Shown in pieces: positions 11,366 to 24,851 of a DNA stretch of 64,000 bases (position 1 is the first letter of the stretch; each line of letters starts with the position of its first letter). This DNA is from an uncultured Planctomycetota bacterium (lineage in GTDB: Bacteria; Planctomycetota; Planctomycetia; Isosphaerales; Isosphaeraceae), in contig CAWGMQ010000008.1 of assembly GCA_963823665.1 (NCBI GenBank), positions 992,001-1,056,000 on the forward strand, read 5' to 3'. The notes below the pieces were generated by a model, which was given only the letters and a program-made list of their open reading frames with translations, did not search any database and was not told the origin of the DNA. The translations under genes were made by a program, and so were the position numbers.

Positions 11366-14300
11366 GCCAGGGGCGGCTGAAGCCAGGATCGCTCCGCTCG
11401 AGATCGCGAGCGCAAGCAGAGCGGGAACCGGCTCAGGAGCTTCGCCGTCCAGGAGCGGTGCAACGCGAATGGGCGGAATGGCAGCGAGCTGCACGTCAGG
11501 CAGGCTCGGGGGCTCGTGGACCAGCGATACAATGGCGGCGTCGACGATTCGCCCAGACGTGGGATGGCGAAGCTGGATGAATGTGTCGCCGGGATTCTCT
11601 GGTGATTCCGCTTCTGGCGACTCGCGCTCATTTTCGCTTTCGGGACCGCCGCCCGGCTGGCGCGCCGGTTCAGTCGCGCGGCGGAACTCTTCGAACGCCT
11701 CGTCGAGGCCGATCATGACTCGCTTCCAGGGCGCATTGTCGGCCGCGGCCGGATGGGCCGGTTCCGTCTGGCTCACGAGCTCGCCGTCATCTCCTTCCTC
11801 GTCATGCTCGACCCTTCTTCCAAACGGGCCTTGACCGAGCGAGACGCCCATCGTGCTGGAAAGGGCGGCGACCGCGGCGGTCAGTCCCTGCGCGCGGCAG
11901 AATCTTCGGCGCTCGATGTGAGACTTGAGTCCGCGCTCCCGGGCGTCCCGATCAGGGGCAGAGAAAATTCTTGCAAGGGGGCAAGAGTCAGGTCAGGGCC
12001 GCTCGAGCTTGAGGACGAGCCAGTCAGTGAAAACAGAAGCAGGGAAGCGGTGTCGGCGTTTTCCGTGGTGGCGTAGACGAAGAGGTCGTCGATGCCGCGC
12101 GATGCGATTCCGAGCCCCGTCGGGCTCAGATCGCCGGGCAAGCTATCGACCTCCTCGAGGATAAGTCCGTCGGCGCTTCCCTGAAACAACGACACCTTCC
12201 CGTCGCCGTTGTTGGCGACGACGAGATCATCGAAGCCGTTTGACCCACGCAGCGCCAGCGCCGCAACTGGATCGGAGCCCCCCGAGGAGATGACTTGCTG
12301 CGCAATTGCACCGGTGGAAAGGCCGGTGATCAACGTCACGTTGCTGGTGCCCGGGTCGAGGGCGATGACATCGAGGCCGGCGCCGCTCTCGAAGGAACCT
12401 GCGAAGATCAGGCCCGGACTCTCATTCAGAGGGAAGACCGTCGGGTCGCTGTCGTTGAAGAAGCCGTCGCCGACACCCGGAATCAGCGTCAATTCGCTCG
12501 AAGCGCTGTCGCTGACAAGGAGGTCGCCGATGCCGTCACCGCTGAAATCCCCATACAGGACTGCAACCGGGCCCGCGCCGGCCGCGAACCGGCGCGCGGC
12601 GCGAACGTGAAGCCAGTACCCTCCGGCTCGTTGATCAGGATCGCGACGTCGTTGGACCCCCTGTTGGCGACGATGAGGTCGGGACGTCCGTCGCCATTCA
12701 CATCGGCGACGACGACGGAGACGGGGTTCGTTCCGGTGAAGAACCCGTTGCCGTCGTTCAGGGCTTGGCCGAACCCTCCTCCAGGCAGGCCAGGGTACAC
12801 GAGCACGTTGTTGCCGCCGGTGTTGGGTACGATCAGATCGGGAATTCCGTCACCGTTCAAGTCGGCCAGTAAAGGCGCGCCGGGGAGAAGCAAGCCCGTG
12901 GTGCGGTCGGCCAGCACGGTCGGTTGCGCTGCGCGCCGATCTGGACGAGGATGCGGTCACGGGCCTGGTCGACGAAAACAAGAGTCCCGCCGGCCTTGCC
13001 CGTGGCGGACCCGACCGCGAGGGCGACGTACTGGCCCGTGACGACCGGCGGCGAGAAGACTCCATTGCCTTGCCCCAGCAACACCAGAACGTCTCCGAAT
13101 GCGTTGCCGACCAGCAGGTCAGCTATCTTGCTGTTGGGGTTCAAGTCGGCGACCGTCAAGCCTGTCGGATCGGGCCCGACGTCGTACGTGCCCGCGGGGG
13201 TGAATTCTCCCTTTCCGTTGCCCAGCCAGATGGAGAGGCCGTTCGGGCCGAGGATCGCCAGGTCGGCGTTGCCGTCTCCGGTGAACTCGCCGATGCGAAC
13301 CACGAGACTCGGGCCGGAGGTCGGCACCGAAACGGGGTTCGCGAACCGGCCGGCTCCGAGCCCGTCAAGAATTCCCAGGGTCTCCGAGCCAGAGTTGAGT
13401 GCCACGAGGGCCGGAGGACCACCCGTTGCGAGCGCAGCAGCAGCCACGCCGACCGTTCCCTCCTCGCTCAAGAGAGAGAGGCTTGCCGTGCCCGTGCCAG
13501 GTACCAGCAACGAGAGGCCGACTCCGGCGTTGTAGACCGTCAGGGGAGAAAAGCCAGCTACACCCTGGTTGCGGATCACTGCGACTTCGCCAGCGGTCTG
13601 GTTCGCCAGGATGAGGTCGGGGAGGCCGTCCTGGTAGACGTCGCCGACGGAGACATCTGAGATGCCCGGGCCGACCGTGAGAGTCTCGGGCGACATGAAC
13701 CCTCCTTGCCCGTTACTCAAATAGACGGTAAGCGTGCCGTCACCCGCATTCCTGATCACCAGGTCGTCCTGGCCATCGGACTCGAGATCCGTGGAGACGA
13801 TCTGTGCGGGCTCGACTCCGGTCGCGAGCGAGCCGAGGAAGCTGAAGCTTCCATTGCGGTACGCGTATAGCGAGACGGCATCATCCGTCGCATCGACACT
13901 GGCGAGGAACGTGCCTTGACTGGTGACGACCGCGGCAACGTCGCGCGATGGCCGGCCGGGATTCACGATGATCGGCGGGGCGAAGCTGCCGGTCCCCTGG
14001 GGCTGGCCTTGCCGAAAAAGGATGTCGCCCGCTGCGTCGACGATGGCCACGTCCGGCAGGCCGTCGCCGTTCAAATCAGCGACGAGCGGGGTGTTGTGCG
14101 GAGCGAGTCCGACGGACCCTGACTGGGTGAATTGACCGCCTCCCAGGTTGAGCTCGATCGCGACGGTGTTGGGGTTTGCGGTCGTGACGGCCAGGTCGGC
14201 CAGGCCGTCGCCGGTGAAGTCGCCCGCGGTGATTGCATACGGAGCGAGCCCGTTGCCGAGGTCGAGCAGGGGCATGACCTGCAGGAAATTGCCGTGGCCG

Positions 14301-16834
14301 TTACCGTCGAGCAAGGAGACGTCGGTCGTGCCGGAGTCGGCGACGGCGAGGTCAAGCGGTCCGCCCTTGGAAAGTTGTGCAGTGGTGATTGCTGTGGGGT
14401 AGAAGTACATTCCCAGTGGGATCGGTGGGAGTGGCAGAAACGAGCCGTTGCCTTCGGCGAGGAGGATCGACACGTTGTCCGCCGCGTCGAGTGAGATGCT
14501 GGCGACGGCGAGATCGAGCAAACCCCCGCCGGTGAAGTTGCCCGCGACGATCGCTTGGGGTTGATTGTACGGATCGTCACTCAGGAGGATCGGTGCGAGC
14601 GCCCGGAACCCTCCGTGGCCGTCGCCCTCTAGAATCCACACTTCGTTCTCGAACTGATCGGCGACCGCCAGGTCGAGCGTGCCTTGGCCGGTGAAGTTCC
14701 CGGCCGCGATCGACACCGGAACAGCGCCCTGCCCGAGGAAGATCGGAGAGGCGATCGCATGAAACCCGCCGTGACCATCGCCCATCAAGATCGTGACCGC
14801 GTGCGAAGTCTCAGTCGTGACGGCCAGGTCGAGCACGCCGTCGCCCGTGAAGTCGCCGGCGACAATTGACGTTGGGTCCGAACCCGGCATCGGAATGAAG
14901 GTCGCGGGGGTCTGGAAAGTCCCGTCGCCGTTCCCCAGCAGGATGGACACGCCCTGTCCGTTGCCGTACATGTCTCCATTATCCACGACGGCCACGTCGG
15001 GCCGGCCGTCGCCATTGAAGTCGCCCACCATCAGCGCGAACGGACCTGCCCCTGCCGGAAATGACCTCGCGGGCTGGAAAGTTCCGTCGCCGTTGCCCAT
15101 GAGCACGGAAATATCATTTGTACCATAATTTGTTGTTATGATGTCATTGTGTGAATCATGACTCAGGTCGGCGGTGACGACGGCAACGGGTTCGTTTCCC
15201 ACGGGATTGGTCAACTGATCCTGGAAGCTGCCGTCGCCGTTGCCGAGCAGAATCGAGATACCGGAACCCTGGTCGCCCACGGCCAGATCCGCGCGGCCGT
15301 CGCCATTGAAATCAGCGGTCAGGATCGATTGTGGATACGAGCCGGCTCCAAAAGGGGTGTACGGCTGGAACGTGCCGTCGCCGTTGCCCAGGAGGACTGA
15401 GATGTCACCTGACCCGAAGTTTGCCGTCGCCAGGTCGAGGTGCCCGTTGCCGAAGTCGCCTGCCACAAGCGCCACGGGATTGCTGCCGACAGGGTAGGAC
15501 TGCGGGGCCGCGAAGACACCGTTGCCGTTGTTCAAAAGGACCGAAACATCGCTGGAATTTGTTTCAGCGACGGCCAGATCGAGCGCGCCGTCTCCACTCC
15601 AGTCACCCGCCACGATCGCGGTAGGCGCGGCACCCACGTCGATCGTGCGTGCGAACTGGAACTGGCCGGGCCCGTCGTCCTGGAAGACCGTGAGGCCCTG
15701 TCCTGCGCCGGTCGGGTCGCCTTCATCCGCTACGATCAGGTCGAGGTGGCCATCGCCGAAGTGGCCGGCCACGAGACCTGACGGTTCGACCCCACCGGGG
15801 AGCACCTCCCCCGGCGAGAAGGCGCCCTGACCGTTATTCGTGAAAATCGCGACATTCCCGCTCGCCTGGTCCGCAACCGCCAGATCCACGTCATCGCCGC
15901 CGGAGTCGAAGGCCTCGATGGCGTCCGGTTGGGAGCCGATTGGCAGCCCCACGCCGGCCTCGAAATGGCCGTCGCCCTGATTCAGAAGTACCTGGAGAAG
16001 GCCGTTGGGTAGGTTCGGGTTCGTCTCCGTGAAGGCAATGTCCGGAAAATCATTGTGGTCAAAGTCGCCGACCGCGATCGCCGTGACAGTCCACCCCGGC
16101 GCAGCGAGCGGGCCGTCGAGTACCGCGCTCTGGAACGTGCCATCGCCATTTCCCACGTGAATTCCATCCGGGGCGACCAGATCCGCCGGAGAATTGACGC
16201 CGAAAAAGCTGGCCACGGCGAGCGGAGCGTAGTCGGGCAAAAGGCTCTTAACCGGTTGAAACGGCGGCGCCGTGGGCGTGAGAAAAGCCGTGATCTCGTA
16301 AGCCCCGCCGCCGCCCAGACTTTGCAATTCGAGGAAGTCATCTCCTGACGGGACATCCACGTCGATCAGGCGATCTCCAGCGCCGATCGCTGGGCAGTCG
16401 CTCTGAACCACGGGCGAGCCCTCCGCGTCGACCAGCGAGAGCCGCGCGGCGAAGCCCTTCGCATCGAGCGTGACCGCTAGCTTCCCTCCCACGTCGGAAG
16501 AGACGCGGTAATAAATCGCGCCGAGAGGGGCGATCGACCCGTCGATCGGCGTTCCGACCGGCAACGGCACTGCTTCTGACGAAACGTCCGGCGGCCCGGC
16601 GAGTAACACGCGACGTTCAAGGGCCAGAAGGAGTGGACGGTAAGACCAGCGGGCCCTCCGGAACTCTTCCCGCGGATCTCGAGTGCCGGCCCCAGTTCGA
16701 TCAGACGGCTTGGCCGGGTCGTGTGACACGACGGCAGACTCCAAGACTCGATCAGTCCGGGCTCGGTCTAAACCCAATCGAAGCTCCCGGTAAGCGACTC
16801 GCCGCGAGGCTTCTCCCAACTTCATCACAGTCAA
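11273..16834 (-). CDS. Large FG-GAP/VCBS repeat surface protein (~1,850 aa; frameshifts near 12920, 12600 and 11885)
   Basis: More than 20 GDFxGDGxxDLA repeats; N-terminal LLALERRVLLA export motif. The four ORF pieces join into one continuous repeat protein with an acidic linker and a hydrophobic tail. Confidence 0.88.
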
Positions 16835-16987
16835 GCATCACACACCGAACCGCAAACCTCGTTAATCCGTTCTCCAGGCTGTTTTTTTTCGTAAGTCATC
16901 CTGATACGATCTCATTTGACGATTTTACCCATTCTTTGCAGTCGCCGCAGTCTCTGCAACCGGACATCACGTAATCGGGAGGTTTCG

Positions 16988-17635
16988 ATGTTGAAGTCGA
17001 TGATGGTCATTAGTTCTCGATTTCTCCTGGTGGCGGTCCTGTGTGTCGCAGCCAATCGAGCTGACGCGCAGACGGTCACGGTCTATTTCAACGGGACCGG
17101 GCCGAATGCGTCCACTTTCCAGGGTTCTTTCGCTTACACTCAATCATTGCTGGGATCCGGGGGACATTTTTCGTTCACCACACAATTCCATGAGATCGAG
17201 TATTCGGGTTCCAGCATCAGTGGGGAACCATCGTGCTCCGGTACCACTTGTTCGTTCAACATCACGACCTCGGGGACGACGTTCACTCTCGTGTCAGTCT
17301 GCCCGAAAAGTCCCGCGACGACCGTGACGATCGAGCTGCCATGCAGCGTGACCTTGTCACCGACGTCATTGCCCTCGTGCTCCGAGTTCGTAAGTTCCCC
17401 GCCTGCGAACACCACAAAGTTCACTCTGAGCGGAGGAACAACCTACTCCGGTACGATCAATTACGTCTCGTGTACCCCCCCCGCGCCGCCTGTGCACGCC
17501 CCGGCCCAGCGTGTTCCCTACGTCTACACGTACATAGCGCCAGAAGCTTGCCCGGTATACGCGTGCCAGCCGAGGCCGGCGTGCTGCTTGACCCGGCTTT
17601 TTGCCCGACTTTGTCATCGCAATAACTGCTGGTGA
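16988..17635 (+). CDS. Secreted Ser/Thr- and Cys-rich hypothetical protein
   Basis: GGGAGG RBS, signal peptide ending ADA-Q, beta-rich body, Pro linker and Cys-rich basic tail. Confidence 0.8.
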   Translation: MLKSMMVISSRFLLVAVLCVAANRADAQTVTVYFNGTGPNASTFQGSFAYTQSLLGSGGHFSFTTQFHEIEYSGSSISGEPSCSGTTCSFNITTSGTTFTLVSVCPKSPATTVTIELPCSVTLSPTSLPSCSEFVSSPPANTTKFTLSGGTTYSGTINYVSCTPPAPPVHAPAQRVPYVYTYIAPEACPVYACQPRPACCLTRLFARLCHRNNCW

Positions 17636-17690
17636 GCGGGGTGCACGAATCCGCCGGTTCTCGACTGTCGCCGGGCCATACACACGGCGA

Positions 17691-20600
17691 TCAGGCGGGG
17701 GCCGATGAGGAGCGTTGCGGCCGTGACTGCTGCCCGAATTTGAGGCCCTCAAGCCATTTCAGGTGCCGTCGAAAGGGTCTTAACGCTCGGTCGTTCGGGA
17801 TACTCTTCTTCAAGAGGACGGTTCGTTGCTCCTCCGGCGCGAGCTCCAGGGCGATACGCATGAGTTTGACGGCGCGCTCTACGTATGACTTCTCGTCGCG
17901 GATCGCCGGCGGACCGGTCTTGCGAGACTCCGCGTCGACGGCAAGGGCCGATTGGAAGTAGATGCACGCGGCGTTGTAATGCATCCGCCAGTCCTTCTCG
18001 CGAAGCTCGAGAGATCGCTCGGCATCGGTCACCGCTTCGAGGTGCAGCCCCAGGCGCGCCCGAGCCAGACCGCGGCCGCTACAGGCATCGGCGTCATTCG
18101 GATCGAGCCAAACGGCGTCTTCAAAGTCACGGAGGGCATGTCGATCGGAGTCGTAGGCAAGATACGACCAGCCGCGGCGACAGAGCACGCGGGAGCCTTC
18201 GCGCTGGAGCGGATTCGACGCTGCGCCACCGACGCTTCGAGCCGCGCGATAAAGAAGCATGCGTGGGTCTTCGGGCTGGAGCGATAGCGCGAGGGTATAG
18301 TCGTCTGTCGCACCGCGGTAGTCTGCGAGACCATCCCTGGCCATCCCGCGCAGCAGGTACAGCTCGGCCGAGGGCTTGATTTTCTGCAGAGCCAGGTCGC
18401 ACGCATGCAACAGCTCGTCGTACCGCTTCAAGTCGAGCAGCTCGTGGATTCGCAATTGGTGAGCGAGAGCCAGCCGCGGGGCGAGATCAAGCGCCACGCT
18501 GCACGCCTTCAAGGCCTCAAGATGGCGGTGGGCGGCACGAAAGATTGCAGCCTTCTTGGTGGTGTCGAGAGCGATTAACACCGGTCTTGCAGACGATTCG
18601 CAGCGGATCGCGATTTCCAGGTCGCCAAGCGCCCTATCGCGGCATTCGGGGGCGAGCTGGCCGATCCGAACTTCCAGGGCGTTCCGGACCACGTCGCGCA
18701 GGTCGGACCTTTCGAGGCCGAGCAGGAGATCGGCCCGGCTGCGATGGAGATCGGCCCGGTTCGGTTGGAGCTGGATCGCTTTCGCGAGTTGCTCGAGCGC
18801 GTCGTCCGGCCGGCCTTGACGCCGGTACACATCGGCCAGCCAGCGCACGGCCTCGACGCGGCGGTCGTTCAAACGGATCGCTTCCTCGAGGTCAGCGGCG
18901 GCGGCGGTGAACTCTTGCCGCTCTAGCTGGATAATGCCGCGATTGACGAGCAGCGCGTAGCGGAGATCGGCATCCGCAGCGGAGCGACCGAGGAGGCTGA
19001 ATGCTTGTCGATAGTCGGCGTCGGCGATCTCGAATCGCTTTAACGCAGCGGCCGAGGACCAGGCGGTCTGCTCCGGTGAGACCTGGGCGATGTCGCGAAA
19101 GCGTTCCCCTTCCGCGGCGCTGGCGAGCCCATGCAGAAGGTAAAGCCAGACGCGATCAGGCTTTTCTTTCAAGCAGGCTTCGAAGCCGAAGCGCGCCGAC
19201 GCCGGCTCCATCATCTGGAAATGACAAATTGCAAGCAGGCATTGGGACCAAAAGTGGTTCTTCTGCTTCTGGGTGGCGGCCTCGAAATAGGTGATCGCGC
19301 CCTTCCAGTCGGATTTTCTGAACAATTCGTGTCCGATGAGGAACAAATCGAAGGCGTTCTGCGGCGCAAGTCGTTCGGCCAGGTCTCGCTCACGCGCTGC
19401 GCCTTGCCGATCGCCCTTCACGTTGAGGTAGGCCGAGCGGCGCAGGTGGTAGGCTCGAGTCGACCCGGATCGCACGGCCGGGGCCCGGTCAATGATGCGA
19501 AGCGCTTGCTCGGCCCGTTGACACGACTCGGCCGCGGGTGACTGCGAGACCGCATCGGCCAGGATCAGCAGCAGCTCGTAGAACCCGTTAGCGACATCTG
19601 CTTTCTCTTCTTCAGTCAGCTCCGAAGGTAGTGTGGCCAGGGCCCAAAGATCGCCCGCGCCGCCAACGCCGAACACGGCCAATCCGGCTGCGCTGACCGG
19701 CAAGTCCCCTCGATCGAGTTTCCCTGGTCCAGTCCGTCGAACCTGGTATCAAGGTACAGGGCCTCGTCTCGGAGTTGGCGAAAGTTGGCGAGTCGATCTT
19801 GGGCCTCCTTCACCGCCGTCTGCTTGGCGAGACAACGACGGGCCTGTTCGTCCAGGCTCAGAGCCCGCTGACGTAGTTTGACCAGGCGAGTTTCCTGTTC
19901 GGTCTCGATGCGGCTCAACAGTCCGGAAACGATCGTGCGAGCGTCGGCCCAATTCTCTTTCGCCACGGCGCCCTGTGCTTTGAAGACCTCCTCCTCGGCC
20001 GTTTGGACCAAGCTTCCGATCCGGTCGGATTCATGCTTCTGAGCTTGGCGGATCCGATCGCTCTCCCGCTTCTGAGCGTGCTGGACCGCGCCGAAGATAA
20101 CCCCGCTCGCGATCAAGGCCATCGCCAGCATCACCGTTTTCACCGGGTGCCGCTGCGCCAGCTTCAAGCCGCGCTCCCAGACAGGCGTGCGGCGGGCGAG
20201 AACCGGCTCGCCGTCGAGGAATCGATCGAGGTCGTCGGCAAGCTCAAGCGCACTGGCGTATCGCTTCTGCGGGTCCCTGGCGATGCATTTCAGGCAGATC
20301 GTCTCCAGGTCAAACGACACTTTCGGGCGGAGGTGGGAAGGAGTCACCGGGTCTTCTTCGATCACGAGCCTGAGCGTTTCGGCCTGGGTCTCGCCCTTGA
20401 TCGGCGGCCGGCCGGTCAGCATCTCGTAGAGAATTGCACCGAGTGAGTAGATGTCAGCCCGCGTGGCCGATTTCGCGCGCCCAGCCCTGCGCCTGCTCGG
20501 GTGCCATGTAGCTCGGAGTACCGATCACTTGCCCGGTTACCGTTTCGCCGTCCTCGATGTCGAGCCGTTTCGCCAGGCCGAAATCGGCGATCTTGCGCTG

Positions 20601-21399
20601 TACCGTCCTGATCGAAGAGGACGTTCGATGGCTTGATGTCGCGATGCAAGACGCCGGCGACATGGGCGGCATGAACCGCCCGCGCGAGCGTGGAGAGTAA
20701 CTTCGCCGTTTCCCGCAGCGGCTGCGGGTTGCCGGCCAGACGATCCTTGAGCGTGCCCCCCTCCAGGAGCTCGAGTGCGACGAACGGAACGTCGCTGGCC
20801 GTGCCGATCTCGTAAATCCGCACGATATTCGGGTGGTTGAGCCGCGCGACCACCTCGGCCTCGATCTGGAAGCGGGCGAGGTCCTCGGGATTGCTGTGCC
20901 GGTCGTACCGGATCACCTTCAAGGCGACCAACCGCTTCAGACGCAGGTGGCGCGCTTTGTAGACGATCCCCATCCCGCCGTGCCCCAGCTCCGCGAGGAT
21001 CTCGAAACCCGCCACGAGCTCCGGCCGGCTCACCGTCGTCGCCAGGAGCGACGACCCCAATGGCCAGACGGTGCTCTCGAGCACCGGCAAGCAGGTCTCC
21101 TGTGGATCCCAGCAAAACGTCCCGTCGGCTTCCCGGACGCAGTCCTCGTCCAGATCCGTTACCTCGTCCGCAAGCTCGAGCGCACTCCCGCTTGCATTCC
21201 ATTGCCCGTCGGGGTCCGAGAGTGACGCGTCGATTGTCGATTCGACGCTGATCCAACGCTTCCAGTCGCTTGCGCCGTCAGCACACGTCGAGCCCGGTCC
21301 GTAATCAACCGTGTTGTTGTAGCTCGATTCGCCCACGCCATCGTCCATCGTGCTGACAGGCGAGGTCAGGGGCTCGTTGTTCTTCCGATCGGATTCCAT
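17691..21399 (-). CDS. Transmembrane Ser/Thr protein kinase with long C-terminal TPR array (frameshifts near 20600, 20460 and 19700)
   Basis: Motifs LGHGGMGIVY, VALK, HPNIV, HRDIKPSN, DFGLAK, GTPSYMAPEQ and YEMLTGRPP; TM helix VMLAMALIASGVIFGAV; many TPR helices. Confidence 0.9.
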
Positions 21400-21871
21400 G
21401 GCAACCCCACCCTTCGTCGAGACAACGCAAGAGGGAAGGATCCATCATGCTCACGAGACAGGAGAGGGATGTGAAGCTTCGTCCTTGGTGCAACCACCGC
21501 ATCTGAAAGTGTACGGGCTGCCCTGCCATCGGGCAAATCAAAAAATGATGACGCAAATCGATTGATTGAAACAATCAGAAATCAGCCCCGTGCTTCGCGC
21601 GCGGGGAATACGACCTTCATTAGACGCTGTTCGCTTTCGGAAAGTTCACACGAATCCGACCACGATCTCAGGCCGAGCGTCCGAATCTTTGCTACGCGGC
21701 CATGCATGCGGGCACGCGTTTTGATTTGCTCGCGTCGCCCGTCGGGTAAGGCTGCCGTGATGCCGTCGCCGGCTTCCATCGATTTCTGAAATCGACGGAC
21801 GCGCCTGGCGGTTCCATGTCAGTACTATGTGGAAGGATGGACGATAGTGGGTCATGTAGGAGTCCGGGCTG

Positions 21872-24851
21872 ATGGCGGCGAAGCTGGAGAATGCGGCGCT
21901 CGGCGAGATCGGAACGCTGTTCGCCGTTGGCACGATCGGAGGGCTGTCCGACGGCCATCTGATCGAGCAGTTTCTGTCCGGGCCTCCCGACCTGGCTGAA
22001 GCCGCGTTCGCGGCCTTGGTCGACCGCCACGGCGCGATGGTCATGGGGGTGTGCCGTCGTTTGCTCTCCGACCCCAACGACGCCGACGACGCTTTCCAGG
22101 CCACGTTCCTGGTGCTCGTCAGAAGGGCGCGCTCGATCGCACGGCGTGAGCTTCTGGCGAACTGGCTTTATGGGGTCGCTTTTCGGACTGCACGAGTGAC
22201 ACGGACTCGCGCCGCCCTGAGGCTCGCGAAGGAGAGACATGTGATTGACGTGCTCAGGACGAGGCCGACCCAGGAAGAGGAACGGTGCGGCGACTTGCTG
22301 GTGCTCCTGGACGAGGAGCTGAGCCGCTTGCCGGAGAAGTTTCAAATTCCCGTGGTGCTTTGCGAGCTGGAGGGGCGGTCGCGCAAGGAGGTCGCGCTGC
22401 GGTTGGGGATCGCCGAGGGTACGCTCTCCAGCCGTCTAGCCCGCGCCCGCGAGCTGTTGCGCAAGCGATTTGAAAGGCGGGGGCTCGCCTTGGGCGCAGG
22501 GGCGCTCGCCGCGGCCTTGCCACGCGAAGTGTCCGCCGCCGCGGTGCGGCCGGCGCTGGCAACAGCGACGGTCCAGGCAGCATTGCGGTACGCGACCGGC
22601 GGCGGCGTAAATCTGGTCAGTCGCAGCGCTCGCGGAAAGGGTTCTCAAGACCATGTTCCTCACCAAGTTGAACGTGGGCGCCCTTGCTCTGCTGGCTTGT
22701 TGCACGATTGCGGGCCTCTCGGCCCTGAGAGCGGTGCGGGCGCAGGCCGCTCGAGAGATGCGGCGCTCGGTGGGAGCCGTTGCTGCCGTTCAGAGTGCGA
22801 GCCCCCCGATCGCTCGCGACTCCGGCGGCGACGCCGCGGCCAAAGCAGAGAAGCCGCAGGCTGCCTGGGGTGACGGCGTCGTCGAGACCAAGGGCCGCGT
22901 TTTGACGCCGGACGGCAAGCCGGTCGCCGGTGCCAAGATCACGCTCTGGTGGTATGCCATCATTTCCCACGGGTGGCACCACCACAGCTTCCCCGAAGCT
23001 CGGCCCAAGCTCATCGCCACCACCGGACCCGACGGCATCGTTCCAGGCCCTCTTTCCGAAGTCCATCGTGGCCAACGCATTCTCCACGACTCAGATTCAG
23101 AAGCCGTGGAGGTGGGTGGAGGTCGTCGCAGCCGCCGCCGGGATACGGCCCGGCGTGGGGCTGGATTGATCGCGAGACCAACGAGTATACGCTGCTCGCT
23201 CGTCGAGGACGACGTCCCGGTGCGCGGCCGCGTCCTCGATCTCCAGGGCCGCCCGGTACTCGGAGCGAAGGTCTGGGTGGCTCAGCTAGACGAGAAACCG
23301 AATCGGACGATCTGGTCGCCGACCTGGAACGGGCTACCGGAAAGACCTCGAGACCGACAAGGACGGCCGCTTCGTGCTGACGGGGCTTGGCCGGAATCGA
23401 TCGGCGGTGATCCACATCAGCGGCCCCACGATCGAGCACAAGCTGCTCTACGTCTCGACCGCAGAAGGTCGTGAGCGGCAAGCCCGTCGACCACACGGAT
23501 GTCGAGATCGTCGCCGGGCCGAGCAAGCCGATTCAGGGCGTCGTCCGCGCCGCGGACACGGGACAGCCGCTGGCCGGGGTCTGGATCTACGGCGGTAATT
23601 TCGGCGGCGAGATCCCCAACGATAACATGCGCGGCATCCGGGCGATGACCGACGCGCAGGGGCACTTCCGATTGGAGGGAATGGCCAAAGGCAATTCCTA
23701 CAAGCTGAGGGTGTTCCCGCGGGACGACCAGCCGTACATCATGAAGGAATTGACTATCGGGGATACCCAGGGGCTCGCGCCGGTCGAGACCGAGATCAAG
23801 CTGACTGCGCGGCGTGCTGGTACGCTTCCGGCTGGTCGACAAGGCGACGGGCCAGCCGAAGCTGGCCATGGCGCGATACACCCCCTACGACGACAACGGC
23901 TTCTTCTCGGACAACGTCCTGAGGAACCAGTTCTTCCACCGCTCGGCCTCGGCGGACGAGCGCGGCATCTACAGCCTCGTCGTCCCGACCGGCACCGGGG
24001 CTGATCACGGCCTTCGTCGGAGATGGGAGCTACGTGCCGGCCCGGGTGCGGGATGCCGATCGGGCGAAGTACCCGCTCGTCGACCGCAAACGCTCGTATG
24101 CCTCGATGATGGTCCACTCCATCTGCCACGGCTACCAGCATGCTCGACCTCAAGATCGACGACCAGCCGGAGGTCTTCGACATCGAGCTCGACCCGGGCC
24201 GCAAGATTGATCGGCACGCTCGTCGGGCCAGATCGACAAGCCGGCGACCGGCGTGTCGGCCTACGGGCTGCTTGGGCGCGTCGACCCGCGATGGCAAGGG
24301 CGTCGGCATCGACCTGGTCGCGGGATCGTTTTCCGTGGAGGGGCTCGACCCCGAGCGGGAAGCGCCACGGACGATCCTCTTCGTTCAGAAGGACCGCGGC
24401 CTGATCGGCCGAGCCGCCCTCCGCGGCGACGAGCCGGGGCCGGTCCAGGTGCGACTCGACCGCTGGGCATCGGCGACCGGACGGCTGGTCGGCAAAGACG
24501 GCAAGCCGCGCCGCGAGGCGACATTGCGACATCGTGCTTCGTCGTTCCCTTCGCCCCAGCTCCTCACCGACGCCAAGGGGCATTCTGCTCCCGACAGCGA
24601 AGGGAAGCCGTGGCCCCATCCCGTGCAGACCGACAACGAGGGACGATTCCGCATCGACGGGCTTGCTCCAGACATGGCGTACGAGCTGGTCCTCGTGACG
24701 CCCGTGAAGAAAGAGGTCTTCATGGTGGGCGAGGCGAGGACGGTCGAGACGCGCCGTCTCGTCGACCGCTGGCGACCCGATCAAAGGGCAGAGCCTCGCG
24801 CCCGGCGAGATCCGGGAGCTCGCGACCGTTCGCGTGGACGGCCCGCAATGA
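21872..24851 (+). CDS. ECF sigma-70 factor with TM segment and periplasmic carboxypeptidase-regulatory-like repeats (ECF57-like; about 10 frameshifts)
   Basis: Sigma regions DADDAFQATFLVL, LANWLYGVA and EGTLSSRLARAR; then MFLTKL plus a hydrophobic helix; repeated GRVLxxDGKPVAGA and TDxxGRF modules in shifting frames. Confidence 0.82.
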
